Shown: positions 16,720 to 26,220, numbered from the stretch's first letter. The stretch is 27,438 nt of DNA from Promethearchaeota archaeon (GCA_016839745.1 JAEOTS010000126.1:1-27438); one strand, 5' to 3'. The notes: generated by a model not told the origin, from the letters alone. A program made the numbers and translations.

Positions 16720-17469
16720 ATGACTTATACACCATTTAATAACAGTATTTTGCCAATATTCTTCTATTACATTGGTCTAATTGTTTTTAGTATCTTTATG
16801 ACAATATTGATGATAAAGAAGTGGAGAGAGAGAAAAGTTAATGCCCCTCTCTATCTTTCAATCGTATTTATATTACTTACGGTTGCATTAATAGTGCTTA
16901 CTATTGGTTTAGGTGAAGCGGTAATTACAGGCTTCTTTAAAGAAATATATAGAATTTCATTACCACTTGCCTATGGTATGATAATTGTCGCAGATATTTT
17001 TCTCTTTGTATTTGCTCAGCTAATTACCAGTAAAGGAAAGAGAGCACTAGTACCTTTAGTAGTTTTTGGAGTTATCATAATCCTTGTTTTATTCCTCCCT
17101 TGGAACTGGTGGGGAGTCCCACCTGAAGATTATGTGGGACAGCTAAACATTCGGCTCTATTCAACGCTTTCTGTAATCCTATATTCTTATATAGTTTACC
17201 TCTTCATAGCGATATTTTGTTTGAAAACAAGAAAACAAACACAAGATGCTAAAGCAAAAGCGGGATTAATACTCTTATTTTTGGCTATGATTTCTATGAT
17301 TGCTTTCTTTCTAATGTTTGTTTTAGACACTATACTTATTACTTTTGCTGACCATCCCGGATATTCTGAATTTGTTTATATTGCTTGGATCTTCGCTATC
17401 TTGTTCTTCGTTTTTACTTACCTGTCTTTGGTTATGCCAAAATGGCTTGTGGATAGGATCGAAAAATAA
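16720..17469 (+). CDS. Seven-transmembrane protein of unknown function
   Basis: Seven hydrophobic segments counted by eye, ending MPKWL; no soluble output domain. Confidence 0.85.
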   Translation: MTYTPFNNSILPIFFYYIGLIVFSIFMTILMIKKWRERKVNAPLYLSIVFILLTVALIVLTIGLGEAVITGFFKEIYRISLPLAYGMIIVADIFLFVFAQLITSKGKRALVPLVVFGVIIILVLFLPWNWWGVPPEDYVGQLNIRLYSTLSVILYSYIVYLFIAIFCLKTRKQTQDAKAKAGLILLFLAMISMIAFFLMFVLDTILITFADHPGYSEFVYIAWIFAILFFVFTYLSLVMPKWLVDRIEK

Positions 17470-17503
17470 TAAAACAAACAAACAATTTCCTTTTTTTTTC
17501 TTT

Positions 17504-18031
17504 CTAGTATAGTTTAGTTTGTATGAGAATTTCCTCGACGATCTTTTCAATTGATTTTTCTGTAGTGTCAATAATGATCTCTGCTGAAGAATTGTAATAC
17601 GGCTCTCTGTAACTCAAAACTTCTTCTATTTCATTAAAGGGATCTTTTTTGTTGATAATGGGTCTATTTTCTTTCCCTTCTGACATCGCTCTACTATAGA
17701 TTACCTCAGGAGTAGCTGTTAATAAAACAATGTGGCAGGACTGTTTTAATATTTCAATATTAGTTGCGTTTAAAACAACTCCTCCTCCACAAGATATAAT
17801 CGATTTTGATAAACGAGCGGCTTTCTTACAAGCGTCAATTTCATAATCTCTGAACTTTGCTTCACCATCTTCCATAAAGATCTTGGGGATTGACTTTCCA
17901 GCTATCTCTATGATAATTTGATCCGTCTCTACGAATTTATAGTCTTTTCCTAAACGATCCTTTAATGCTTTTCCTACTGTAGACTTACCCGTTGCCATAA
18001 ACCCGATTAAAGCGATGGAATCCTTTGGCAT
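17504..18031 (-). CDS. aroK: Shikimate kinase, bacterial AroK/AroL type
   Basis: IALIGFMATGKSTVG, GEAKFRDYE, ISCGGGVV, RP and R.PYY motifs. Confidence 0.93.
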   Translation of the reverse strand: MPKDSIALIGFMATGKSTVGKALKDRLGKDYKFVETDQIIIEIAGKSIPKIFMEDGEAKFRDYEIDACKKAARLSKSIISCGGGVVLNATNIEILKQSCHIVLLTATPEVIYSRAMSEGKENRPIINKKDPFNEIEEVLSYREPYYNSSAEIIIDTTEKSIEKIVEEILIQTKLY

Positions 18032-18096
18032 GCTTTCAACTCAATATATCTTTGATGTGATGTACTTAATTTTAGAAAAATAGAAAAATTATAATA

Positions 18097-18648
18097 CTAC
18101 TCAGAAAAACCATGCGTTTCTAAAACACCTTTCTCCAGCCCTATGTAATTTCCATTAATATAGGCGAAACAATTGAACTTTTCAGGATCTAATCTACCGT
18201 TTAAGACAAATTGCGCATCAGAGTGAGTTGCAACAACTTCTCCAAGATAACATACATGTGAACCTAATACTATTCTTTTAATAACTTTGCATTCCATATT
18301 CCAGGGAAATTCTTTAACCATAGGGACTTGAACTATTGTACCTTGTTCTTTAGTCAAGCTTAACTCTTTCCATTTATTTACATCTCTTCCCGAACGCGTC
18401 CCACAATAATCCATCTCTTTTAACTGGTCTTTTGTAGGGTAATTAAGTACAAACTCCCCGTGTTTCTCGATTAGTTCGTAAGAATGACGCTTTGGTTGTA
18501 TTGAAATTGCTATAACTGGAGGATTTAAACAAACTTTACCTACATAAGCGAGAGTAATTAAATTCGCTTCGTCACCAATCCCCACAGATATAACTGCGGC
18601 AGGCATCGGAAATGTCGAAGTTCCCGTACTGAGAGAAATCTTATTCAT
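18097..18648 (-). CDS. Flavin reductase-like / flavoredoxin family protein
   Basis: FPMPAAVIS, NPPVIAISI, GEFVLN, CGTRSGRDVNK, MECKV and GSH motifs. Confidence 0.9.
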   Translation of the reverse strand: MNKISLSTGTSTFPMPAAVISVGIGDEANLITLAYVGKVCLNPPVIAISIQPKRHSYELIEKHGEFVLNYPTKDQLKEMDYCGTRSGRDVNKWKELSLTKEQGTIVQVPMVKEFPWNMECKVIKRIVLGSHVCYLGEVVATHSDAQFVLNGRLDPEKFNCFAYINGNYIGLEKGVLETHGFSE

Positions 18649-18756
18649 ATTTTAATATCATCCTTCATTTGATTTCTGCTTATAGCTAAATAATTATAAA
18701 TAAATCTTATTCTTAAACATATTAATAGTTTCAAATTTAATAAGTATTGTAATAAC

Positions 18757-19626
18757 ATGCTGAAAAATCCGCATACAAAAGCTCAGACTAAAGTTCTTTG
18801 TGTAATTGGGCATCCAATCGAGCATAGTATGAGTCCAGTAATGCATAATGCTGCACTAAAAGAATTATCTTTAGATTACATTTACTTAGCCTTTGATGTT
18901 CCCCCTAAAGATCTAGAAAAAGTAGTAATAGGATTTAAAAAGTATGATATGAAAGGGATAAATGTCACCATTCCCCACAAAGAAAATATTATCCCCTATT
19001 TAGATCAAATTGAACCACTTGCTGAAAAGATTGGCGCTGTTAATACTATCAAAAATTTAAATGGTGTTTTAGTAGGCAAAAACACAGATGCATTAGGGGC
19101 TAAAAAGGCTTTAATTGATGCTGGATGTAATATTAAGGATAAGAAGGTATTGATTTTGGGAGCAGGAGGGGCAGCTAGAGCAATTAGTTTTGCGTTATCC
19201 GAGGAAATAGACGAGTTATTTATATGTAATAGAACGGAGAAGAGAGCTTTTAGATTAGCAAAAGCTATAGAAGATAAAATGAAGATTCCAGCCACGGGAA
19301 AAGATTTGAGTGAAGGTACGTTGAAAAGTTTGTTAAACGAGGTAGATATTTTAATAAATACAACTCCTATTGGAATGTATCCCGATGTAAATGAATCACC
19401 AATTTCTAAGGAACTATTAACTGATCGTTTATTTGTATATGATATCATATATAATCCTCTCCAAACTCAATTTATCAAAGACGCTAGCGAAATAGGATGT
19501 AATACATTGAATGGGATTGATATGTTTATTAATCAAGGTGCCTTAGCATTTGAATGGTGGACAGATAAAAAACCAAATAAAAATACAATGAAAGAGAAAA
19601 TTATTGAAATTTTGGGAAAAAAATGA
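18757..19626 (+). CDS. aroE: Shikimate dehydrogenase
   Basis: GHPIEHSMSPVMHN, NVTIPHK, GAVNT, NTD, GAGGAARA, NTTPIGM and DIIYNP motifs. Confidence 0.96.
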   Translation: MLKNPHTKAQTKVLCVIGHPIEHSMSPVMHNAALKELSLDYIYLAFDVPPKDLEKVVIGFKKYDMKGINVTIPHKENIIPYLDQIEPLAEKIGAVNTIKNLNGVLVGKNTDALGAKKALIDAGCNIKDKKVLILGAGGAARAISFALSEEIDELFICNRTEKRAFRLAKAIEDKMKIPATGKDLSEGTLKSLLNEVDILINTTPIGMYPDVNESPISKELLTDRLFVYDIIYNPLQTQFIKDASEIGCNTLNGIDMFINQGALAFEWWTDKKPNKNTMKEKIIEILGKK

Positions 19627-20537
19627 TATTAGGAAAAAGAATTACAATTATAGGTGGCTCTGGTGGTATGGGTAAAGTTTTTGGAAAATTTTTTAAGGAC
19701 CATGGATTCGAAGTAACATTTTACGCTCGAAACGAAGATAAATTAAAACAAGCTGTTATAGAATTGAATGTACATTATGAACTTTCGCTCGAAAAAAGCG
19801 TTGAAAATGCCGATATGGTTATGATTTCAATTCCAATAAACTCCACTCCTGATATGATTAGAAAAGTTGGACCTTTTTTGAAGAAGAATGCATTAATTTT
19901 TGACGTCACATCTTTGAAATATGCCGTTTTTAATGCTTTAACTGAGATAAAAAATAAATTTCCTGTAAATTGCATTTCACTTCACCCCATGTTTGGTCCA
20001 GGAATCAGTGATATGAAAAATTATGTAATGATGGTATTAAAAGTAGGAGGAACCGACCAATACGAACTAGTTATTAATGAACTCTTGGAATTATTTAGAT
20101 CTGTTGGATTAATTATTACTGAAACCTTACCGGAGATTCACGATAAAAGAGTAGCTCTTACTTTAGGTGTCCCCCATATGTTTAACATTCTTTTTTTAAA
20201 TCTTCTTAAGAGCACTAAAGAACCGTTAAATGAATTGACCAGATTTACTGGAACTACTTTTTTGCTTCAAAAGGTTTTTGCTGAGAGTATTATCCAGAGA
20301 GAAATGGAAATGTTTGGTGAGATTCAAATGGAAAATCAAGAATTTCTTAAAATTTTAGAATTATTTGAAAGTCTGCTCCATAAATATAAAAAAATAATCG
20401 AAGAAAAAAATATCATAGGTTTTAACGAATTATTCTCCCAAGGATTAGATTATTCAAAAGAAGATAATCATTTTCATAATTCTTATAATTATTTTTATGA
20501 ATTTATGAAGATTTTAAAAAAAGAAAGTGAAAATTAA
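19623..20537 (+). CDS. tyrA: Prephenate dehydrogenase
   Basis: IIGGSGGMG, DVTSLK, HPMFGP and HDKRVA motifs; 4-nt ATGA overlap with aroE. Confidence 0.9.
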   Translation: MILGKRITIIGGSGGMGKVFGKFFKDHGFEVTFYARNEDKLKQAVIELNVHYELSLEKSVENADMVMISIPINSTPDMIRKVGPFLKKNALIFDVTSLKYAVFNALTEIKNKFPVNCISLHPMFGPGISDMKNYVMMVLKVGGTDQYELVINELLELFRSVGLIITETLPEIHDKRVALTLGVPHMFNILFLNLLKSTKEPLNELTRFTGTTFLLQKVFAESIIQREMEMFGEIQMENQEFLKILELFESLLHKYKKIIEEKNIIGFNELFSQGLDYSKEDNHFHNSYNYFYEFMKILKKESEN

Positions 20538-20545
20538 ATCTTTAT

Positions 20546-20923
20546 TTAATTAATTTTTGAACCACAGAATGCGCAATATTTTAAACCTTCTCTATCACTC
20601 TGCTGTACTCCACAGTTGGAGCAAAAATTTGAATTTTCTTCAACAATAGACCTATTTTCTTTATAGTTTGTTATTTTTTGGTAACCCTCTATTTGATTTG
20701 ATCTAAGGTCTAAAGAAGTGTCCCTTTGTTCGTTAATGACGGGTTGAACAATACTTTTACAGTGAACACATCGATTTGGTTCTTTCTCGTGGTATATTGC
20801 AAAATAAATAAGTAAACCTATACCGGCGGTAAAAATGCATAAAATTATTACCAAACAAATATCAATATCTTCTCGTGTTGTAAGAACATTCATCTTACAT
20901 TTCGGACAATATCTTGTAGCCAT
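20546..20923 (-). CDS. LITAF-like zinc/membrane-hairpin protein with a C-terminal zinc ribbon, paralog 1
   Basis: CPKC, about 22 hydrophobic residues, CVHC, a linker, then CSNC...CAFC. Confidence 0.85.
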   Translation of the reverse strand: MATRYCPKCKMNVLTTREDIDICLVIILCIFTAGIGLLIYFAIYHEKEPNRCVHCKSIVQPVINEQRDTSLDLRSNQIEGYQKITNYKENRSIVEENSNFCSNCGVQQSDREGLKYCAFCGSKIN

Positions 20924-21003
20924 TTTTTTACCTCTTTTATTATGATTGAATTGAAAATTTCTTTTTCTTAACTATAACTCGATAATGAAAGAATAAAAGA
21001 AAT

Positions 21004-21342
21004 TTGGAGTCCAATTTTTAAACAAAGATTTTAAAAAAATAAACTTTCAAGTGTAAAAACCATGAGGTTATTAACACTATATTTGGATTATAAAGATATG
21101 AATCTAGTTTAGAGGGTTCAACAACGGAAAAGTTAACTACCTTTCAAGTATATAGCACAGGAAATCTTGGAGTACTTAATATCCTGGTTGATAAGATGTG
21201 GGTAAAGGATAATAGAATATATTTTAGGGTACAAGAGATAATTTCCTGCGAAAGAAAAAATTTAAGAAAAGAAAAAATCCCCAATATTTATTCTATCCAC
21301 GAGAAGGATTTACTTAGCATAAGATGTAGGTTGTATTTCTAA
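21004..21342 (+). pseudogene. Probable degraded gene (hypothetical protein) with three in-frame TAA stops in its 5' part
   Basis: One frame reads LESNF*TKILKK*TFKCKNHEVINTIFGL*RYESS...KMWVKDNRIYFRVQEIIS...IYSIHEKDLLSIRCRLYF*; 82 open codons from 21094 to the stop at 21340-21342. Confidence 0.45.
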
Positions 21343-21354
21343 AAATCTAATGGA

Positions 21355-21750
21355 TTATACTTTTGTACCACAATGCGCACAAAATTTTGCTTCTCTATTT
21401 AGTAAAAGCTCTCCACAAAATGAACAGAAATTTTGCTGCTGTGTTTTATTATTTTCCACAGATTCAACAGCATTAATTTCGCTTTCTTGTCCTAATTTTA
21501 TGTTGGATCGAATTTGATTTGAAGATTGAACACTACTGGTTGAAGCTAATGCAATTTGTGAGTGACAATGAATACAACGGCTAGGAGTTTTGTTATAGTA
21601 TATGATTCCATATATTATAAGACCAATTCCTCCCGTAAAAATTATTAAGATTATGATTAACGACCAGTTTGCAGCCTCCTTGACTAATAACACATTTTGT
21701 TTACAATAGGGACAATAACCTACAGTATTTTTAGTTGACATGATCATCAA
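21355..21750 (-). CDS. LITAF-like zinc/membrane-hairpin protein with a C-terminal zinc ribbon, paralog 2
   Basis: CPYC, hydrophobic segment (IFTGGIGLIIY), CIHC, a linker, then CSFC...CAHC. Confidence 0.85.
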   Translation of the reverse strand: MMIMSTKNTVGYCPYCKQNVLLVKEAANWSLIIILIIFTGGIGLIIYGIIYYNKTPSRCIHCHSQIALASTSSVQSSNQIRSNIKLGQESEINAVESVENNKTQQQNFCSFCGELLLNREAKFCAHCGTKV

Positions 21751-21897
21751 TAAATTCTATCTTTAACAACTTAGAAATAAATTATCTCCTTTAAAATATT
21801 TATTAAATATTATTCAAATGGATACTAACACTTTAATCTTAAAATGAGAAAATTTCTTATTAATTAAGAATAAATAATAAATAAAGTGAGAAAATCA

Positions 21898-22515
21898 ATG
21901 CAACATTCAATTTTTATTGTTCTTGATGGGATAGATGGTTCAGGTACATCAACTCATAGTAAACTATTAGCAGGCTTTTTGAGCTTGAAAGGTTTAAAAA
22001 TTTATTTAACCCAGGAACCCTCAAATAGCGATATTGGAAATTTGTTAAGAACTTACCTAAAGAATGATAAAATTCCAGCTTCTACAGACGCGCTATTATT
22101 TGCTGCTGATAGAGTTCTTCATTTTAATAATGATATAAAAAATAAATTAGAGGAAGGATACACTGTAATATCTGATAGGTATTTAGAATCTTCGATTGCA
22201 TACCAATCAAGCCAATCTGAAGAAATTAGTGTTGAGTGGGTTAAGACCTTAAACAAATTTGCAGGTAAACCCGATCTAACAATAATTTTAGATATCGATC
22301 CTAAATTATCATTAACCCGGAAACATCATAAAGTTTTAGACAAATTCGAAGACACTTCGTTGTTAGAAAAAGTAAGGCAAGTTTATCTTGATCGTGCTAA
22401 AAACGAGGAGTATATTGTAATCAATACAGACGACATAATCGAAATAGTCCAAGCAAATATCCAAGAAGTTGTTATTGAAAAATTGGACCAATGTGGAATT
22501 CAAATTAAAAATTAA
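21898..22515 (+). CDS. tmk: Thymidylate kinase
   Basis: DGIDGSGTST, TQEP, LLFAADR, ISDRY..SSIAYQ and PDLTIILD motifs. ATG 21898 is preferred over GTG 21886. Confidence 0.93.
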   Translation: MQHSIFIVLDGIDGSGTSTHSKLLAGFLSLKGLKIYLTQEPSNSDIGNLLRTYLKNDKIPASTDALLFAADRVLHFNNDIKNKLEEGYTVISDRYLESSIAYQSSQSEEISVEWVKTLNKFAGKPDLTIILDIDPKLSLTRKHHKVLDKFEDTSLLEKVRQVYLDRAKNEEYIVINTDDIIEIVQANIQEVVIEKLDQCGIQIKN

Positions 22516-22540
22516 ATCACTTATAACGAGGGAATAGATA

Positions 22541-23830
22541 ATATCTCGGAACCAAAAATTAAGTAACACTTATTTTAGCCAAGAAAACCTGTTAAATTAT
22601 GTCAACACTTTTAGTTTTCCGCGTTTGGCAGGTACCGAAGGTGAAAAAAAAGCGGTTACGTTAGCTTACGACACTTTCAAAGAGATAGGATTTAAAAGTG
22701 ATAAAATAAAAAAGCAATCTTTTGATTTTTCAGATTTTTATTCTACAACATTACTGAAATTGCTTATGACGTTAAATTTAATATTCAATTTAAATCTGTT
22801 ATTACTCTTATATATTCATGTTTCTTTAACAATGCTTTTAATAATTTTTACATCTATAACTGTTTATTTAATAATTAAAGGTCTCAAGCATCCGGAAATC
22901 ACCGGTTTTTGGGGTGATTATTTTGGTGAAACTATTACATCTACTAATGTTTTTACTAAAATTCCTGCTAAAAAGATACCAGATAAGGATGCTGGAAATA
23001 TAATACTTTCAGCGCACCTCGATTCTAAATCGCAATCAATAAACACTTTCTGGAGAGTAGTTTTGTATAAAATTATGTTATATAGCGAATTAATATTAGT
23101 AGGTGTGTATATTTTTTTTTTAATCATTCTATTTGGACAGTTGAATATTTCTTTTTATTTTACAATATATGGAGCTTGGATATCAATTATATTAATCTCA
23201 TTTACAAATATTTGCTTACTTTTCCTCAACATACATAATAAATCTCCGGGAGCTTTAGATAACGCATCTGGAATGGCAATAGTATTCGAATTAAGTACTT
23301 TCTTTATTAAACATCCTTTGGATAATTTCAACATTTGGTTTTGCCAATTTTCGGCAGAAGAATTAGGAACAATGGGTTCGCGCGTGTTTGTAAATGAATA
23401 TGAAAATCAATTCGTAAAAGGAAGAGTTTTTCAAATTAATTTTGATATGGTTTCTTGTAGACGCCATAAATATAATAGGATTGAATATTTCAAATCCTAC
23501 GGAGTAGGTATACGCAGGTTAATTACCCCACTTTTAAGTAAATACATGTTAATTGCTGCCAAAAGCGAAAATCTAGAGGTGAAAGGGCTTCATTTAAGCA
23601 CTGGAGCACATACAGATACAATTCCTTTTCGTCTAAGGGATTACGATGCAATTGACATTACTACTGGAGCAGCATCGCTATATACTCATACAGTTAAAGA
23701 TACTCCTGAAAAAGTAGATCCTAAAATTTTACTTGACACATGCAATTTGTTTCGAGAAACAATAAAGTTGATTGATGATGATTATAGCATTTTATGTGAA
23801 AATCAAGACCTCAAATGTGATATTGAATGA
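22541..23830 (+). CDS. Membrane-embedded M28 family zinc peptidase; start probably upstream of the TTG at 22625 (ATA 22538/22541 or CTG 22589)
   Basis: SAHLDS, GALDNASG, SAEELG, NFDM, HTD and YTHT..DT zinc/catalytic motifs, with two TM hairpin insertions. The frame is open upstream through ...NLLNYVNTFSFPR-LAGTEGE. Confidence 0.85.
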   Translation: MSRNQKLSNTYFSQENLLNYVNTFSFPRLAGTEGEKKAVTLAYDTFKEIGFKSDKIKKQSFDFSDFYSTTLLKLLMTLNLIFNLNLLLLLYIHVSLTMLLIIFTSITVYLIIKGLKHPEITGFWGDYFGETITSTNVFTKIPAKKIPDKDAGNIILSAHLDSKSQSINTFWRVVLYKIMLYSELILVGVYIFFLIILFGQLNISFYFTIYGAWISIILISFTNICLLFLNIHNKSPGALDNASGMAIVFELSTFFIKHPLDNFNIWFCQFSAEELGTMGSRVFVNEYENQFVKGRVFQINFDMVSCRRHKYNRIEYFKSYGVGIRRLITPLLSKYMLIAAKSENLEVKGLHLSTGAHTDTIPFRLRDYDAIDITTGAASLYTHTVKDTPEKVDPKILLDTCNLFRETIKLIDDDYSILCENQDLKCDIE

Positions 23831-25086
23831 GTTATACACTAGCAGAAAAAATATTAAAAACACATTCTAAAGTAGAAAAAATTTCACCTGGACAATTTGT
23901 TGAAGCAGATATTGATTTAATAATGGTACACGAACAATTGGGGGGAAGAATTCACTTGGAATATGAAAAACTCGGGATAGACTATGTTTGGGACCCTAAT
24001 AAAATATTTTTTATTCTCGATCATTGGGTACCCGCCCCAACCATCAACGCAGCACGAATGCACCAAGATTGTGTTAAATTTGCAGAAAAATATAAATTTG
24101 TTCATAATATGGGGATAAACAAAGGAATTTGTCATCAAGTTCTACCAGAATTGGGATTTTCAAGACCAGGGATGTTAATAGTTGGTTCTGACAGTCATAC
24201 AACAACATATGGTGCTTTTAATTGTTTATCAACAGGTATCGGTGCAACAGATGTTTCTGTTGTGTTTGCAACTGGAAAATTATGGTTTAGAGTTCCTGAA
24301 TCTATTAAAGTTGAATTAACAGGTAGATTAAATACAGGAGTTATGTCTAAGGATTTTATATTAACGATGATTGGAGATATCTCAACCAAAGGTGCAATAT
24401 ATAAAGCATTAGAGTTTCATGGAACGGGTTCTTCTTGGTTGACAATTGATTCTCGAATGACAGTAGCAAATATGGTTGTAGAAGCGGGTGCTAAATTTGG
24501 AATCTTCCTACCCGACGAAAAACTCAAATTATGGTTAAAAAATAGAACAAATCAACCTTATCAATTTGTAGAACCAGATGAAAATGCGGAGTATGAGAAT
24601 GAGTTACATTATGATTTGTCAAAGATAACCCCGGTGATAGCTAAACCCTCAAATCCCGGAAATTTAGCAACAATTGAAGAAGTTCAAGGAGAAGAAATAG
24701 ATCAAGCATTCTTAGGAAGTTGCACTAATGGGAGAATGGAAGATTTACGCATCGCCGCTAGGATATTGAAAGGAAAAAAAATACATCCGAAAACCAGATT
24801 AATCGTTACTCCCGCATCACGAGAAATTTATATGAACGCTATGACAGAAGGTCTAATAGAAATCTTTATAGATGCAGGTGCTGTTGTTACGCACTCTACT
24901 TGTGGAGCTTGCATTGGTGGTCATTTAGGCGTATTGGGCCCAGATGAAAGATGCATTAGTAGCACGAATCGGAATTTTATTGGAAGGATGGGGGATCCTA
25001 CAGCTGAAATTTTCTTGGCATCTCCCGCAACCGTGGCGGCTTCAGCTTTAAAGGGAAAAATATCTGATCCTCGGGAGGTGTTATAA
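23827..25086 (+). CDS. leuC: 3-isopropylmalate dehydratase / homoaconitase family, large subunit
   Basis: DHWVP, GICHQ, GSDSHT, GSCTNGR, CGACIG, STNRNF and ASP motifs. Substrate (LeuC vs HacA) not resolved. Confidence 0.88.
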   Translation: MSYTLAEKILKTHSKVEKISPGQFVEADIDLIMVHEQLGGRIHLEYEKLGIDYVWDPNKIFFILDHWVPAPTINAARMHQDCVKFAEKYKFVHNMGINKGICHQVLPELGFSRPGMLIVGSDSHTTTYGAFNCLSTGIGATDVSVVFATGKLWFRVPESIKVELTGRLNTGVMSKDFILTMIGDISTKGAIYKALEFHGTGSSWLTIDSRMTVANMVVEAGAKFGIFLPDEKLKLWLKNRTNQPYQFVEPDENAEYENELHYDLSKITPVIAKPSNPGNLATIEEVQGEEIDQAFLGSCTNGRMEDLRIAARILKGKKIHPKTRLIVTPASREIYMNAMTEGLIEIFIDAGAVVTHSTCGACIGGHLGVLGPDERCISSTNRNFIGRMGDPTAEIFLASPATVAASALKGKISDPREVL

Positions 25087-25088
25087 TA

Positions 25089-25592
25089 ATGGAAAATATT
25101 GAAGGAGAGATTTATATTTTAGGGGATGACATTAATACTGATGATATTGTACCTAGCTATACTTTAACAATGAGAGATCCAAATGAAATGGCTAAACACG
25201 TCTTAGAGTTTAAAGAACCCAATTTTGCGCAAAAAGTAGCGACGAGATCTATAATTGTAGGAGGACATAATTTTGGGACTGGAAGCTCCCGAGAAGAAGC
25301 AGTAAATGTATTTAAAATTCTTGGGATAAAAGGCATTATTGCTAAATCATTTTCAAGGATATATTTTCGAAATCTTATTAATAATGGAGTCGCTGGAGTC
25401 ATATGTGATTGGGACGAAGCGACATTCTCCAATGGAGATAAGGTACAAATCTCGATTGAAAATGGGATAATATTCAACAAATCAAAGGATATTGAAATAG
25501 CGTATAAAAAATTACCTTCTTTTTTAAAAAAAATATTGGAATCTGGAGGAATATTAAATCAGCTAAAAGAAAAATTGAAATCAAATCAATGA
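25089..25592 (+). CDS. leuD: 3-isopropylmalate dehydratase / homoaconitase family, small subunit
   Basis: GDDINTDDIVP, NFGTGSSRE and SFSRIYFRNLINNG motifs. Confidence 0.88.
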   Translation: MENIEGEIYILGDDINTDDIVPSYTLTMRDPNEMAKHVLEFKEPNFAQKVATRSIIVGGHNFGTGSSREEAVNVFKILGIKGIIAKSFSRIYFRNLINNGVAGVICDWDEATFSNGDKVQISIENGIIFNKSKDIEIAYKKLPSFLKKILESGGILNQLKEKLKSNQ

Positions 25593-25686
25593 AACTACCA
25601 TTTTTGTATATTATTCCTGTACCGCTTGATGGATAACGAAATTCAATGCACTAATTTGGATTAATAAATACTAATTTTTCTGAGTT

Positions 25687-26220
25687 TTATACTAAATCTT
25701 CAATTTCTTTCTGGATTTTTTCAATTCGTTCCTTAGCCTTAGTGAGGATCTGAGTTTTACCATATTTGTTAAACCACTTTTCAAATCTTTGTTCGATTGA
25801 AACTTCTTTAGTTCCAGCTATATATTTATCCGCAAGACAGATTATTTTTTCTTCAAGTGTTAATGGTAGAAAATCTCTCTCAGGTAACCCAACCTGCTTA
25901 GCGTCTTCTTTATCTAATCCCCCTAAAATATGGGTTTCGCAAATTCTGGCAAGCCGTTCTGATAAACCTCTTTCTCTGATTATTTTAGCCCCAATTAAGG
26001 CGTGTTTAAATCCATGAGTTTTACATCTACCTATATCGTGAAGCAAGCCACCAATCTCAATTAAATCCATATCAATCTCTTTTAACCTTATTTTTTCTGC
26101 TAAATATAATGCCTTATCCGCAACTTTTAGAGAATGACGTCTTACATTATAAGGAACTTTTAACTCTTTCAATAAATCAAAAGCAAAATCGCTTGTAGGT
26201 AGAGTTTCTTCTCTTGCCAT
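25687..26220 (-). CDS. HD-domain (HDIG) metal-dependent phosphohydrolase, archaeal family
   Basis: RHSLKV, LLHDIGR, HALIGA, ETHILGG and EEKIICLADK motifs. Confidence 0.9.
   Translation of the reverse strand: MAREETLPTSDFAFDLLKELKVPYNVRRHSLKVADKALYLAEKIRLKEIDMDLIEIGGLLHDIGRCKTHGFKHALIGAKIIRERGLSERLARICETHILGGLDKEDAKQVGLPERDFLPLTLEEKIICLADKYIAGTKEVSIEQRFEKWFNKYGKTQILTKAKERIEKIQKEIEDLV

Noticed and set aside
16720-17469. Microbial rhodopsin/heliorhodopsin
   Set aside because: There is no Schiff-base lysine motif in helix 7 and no helix-3 rhodopsin signature.
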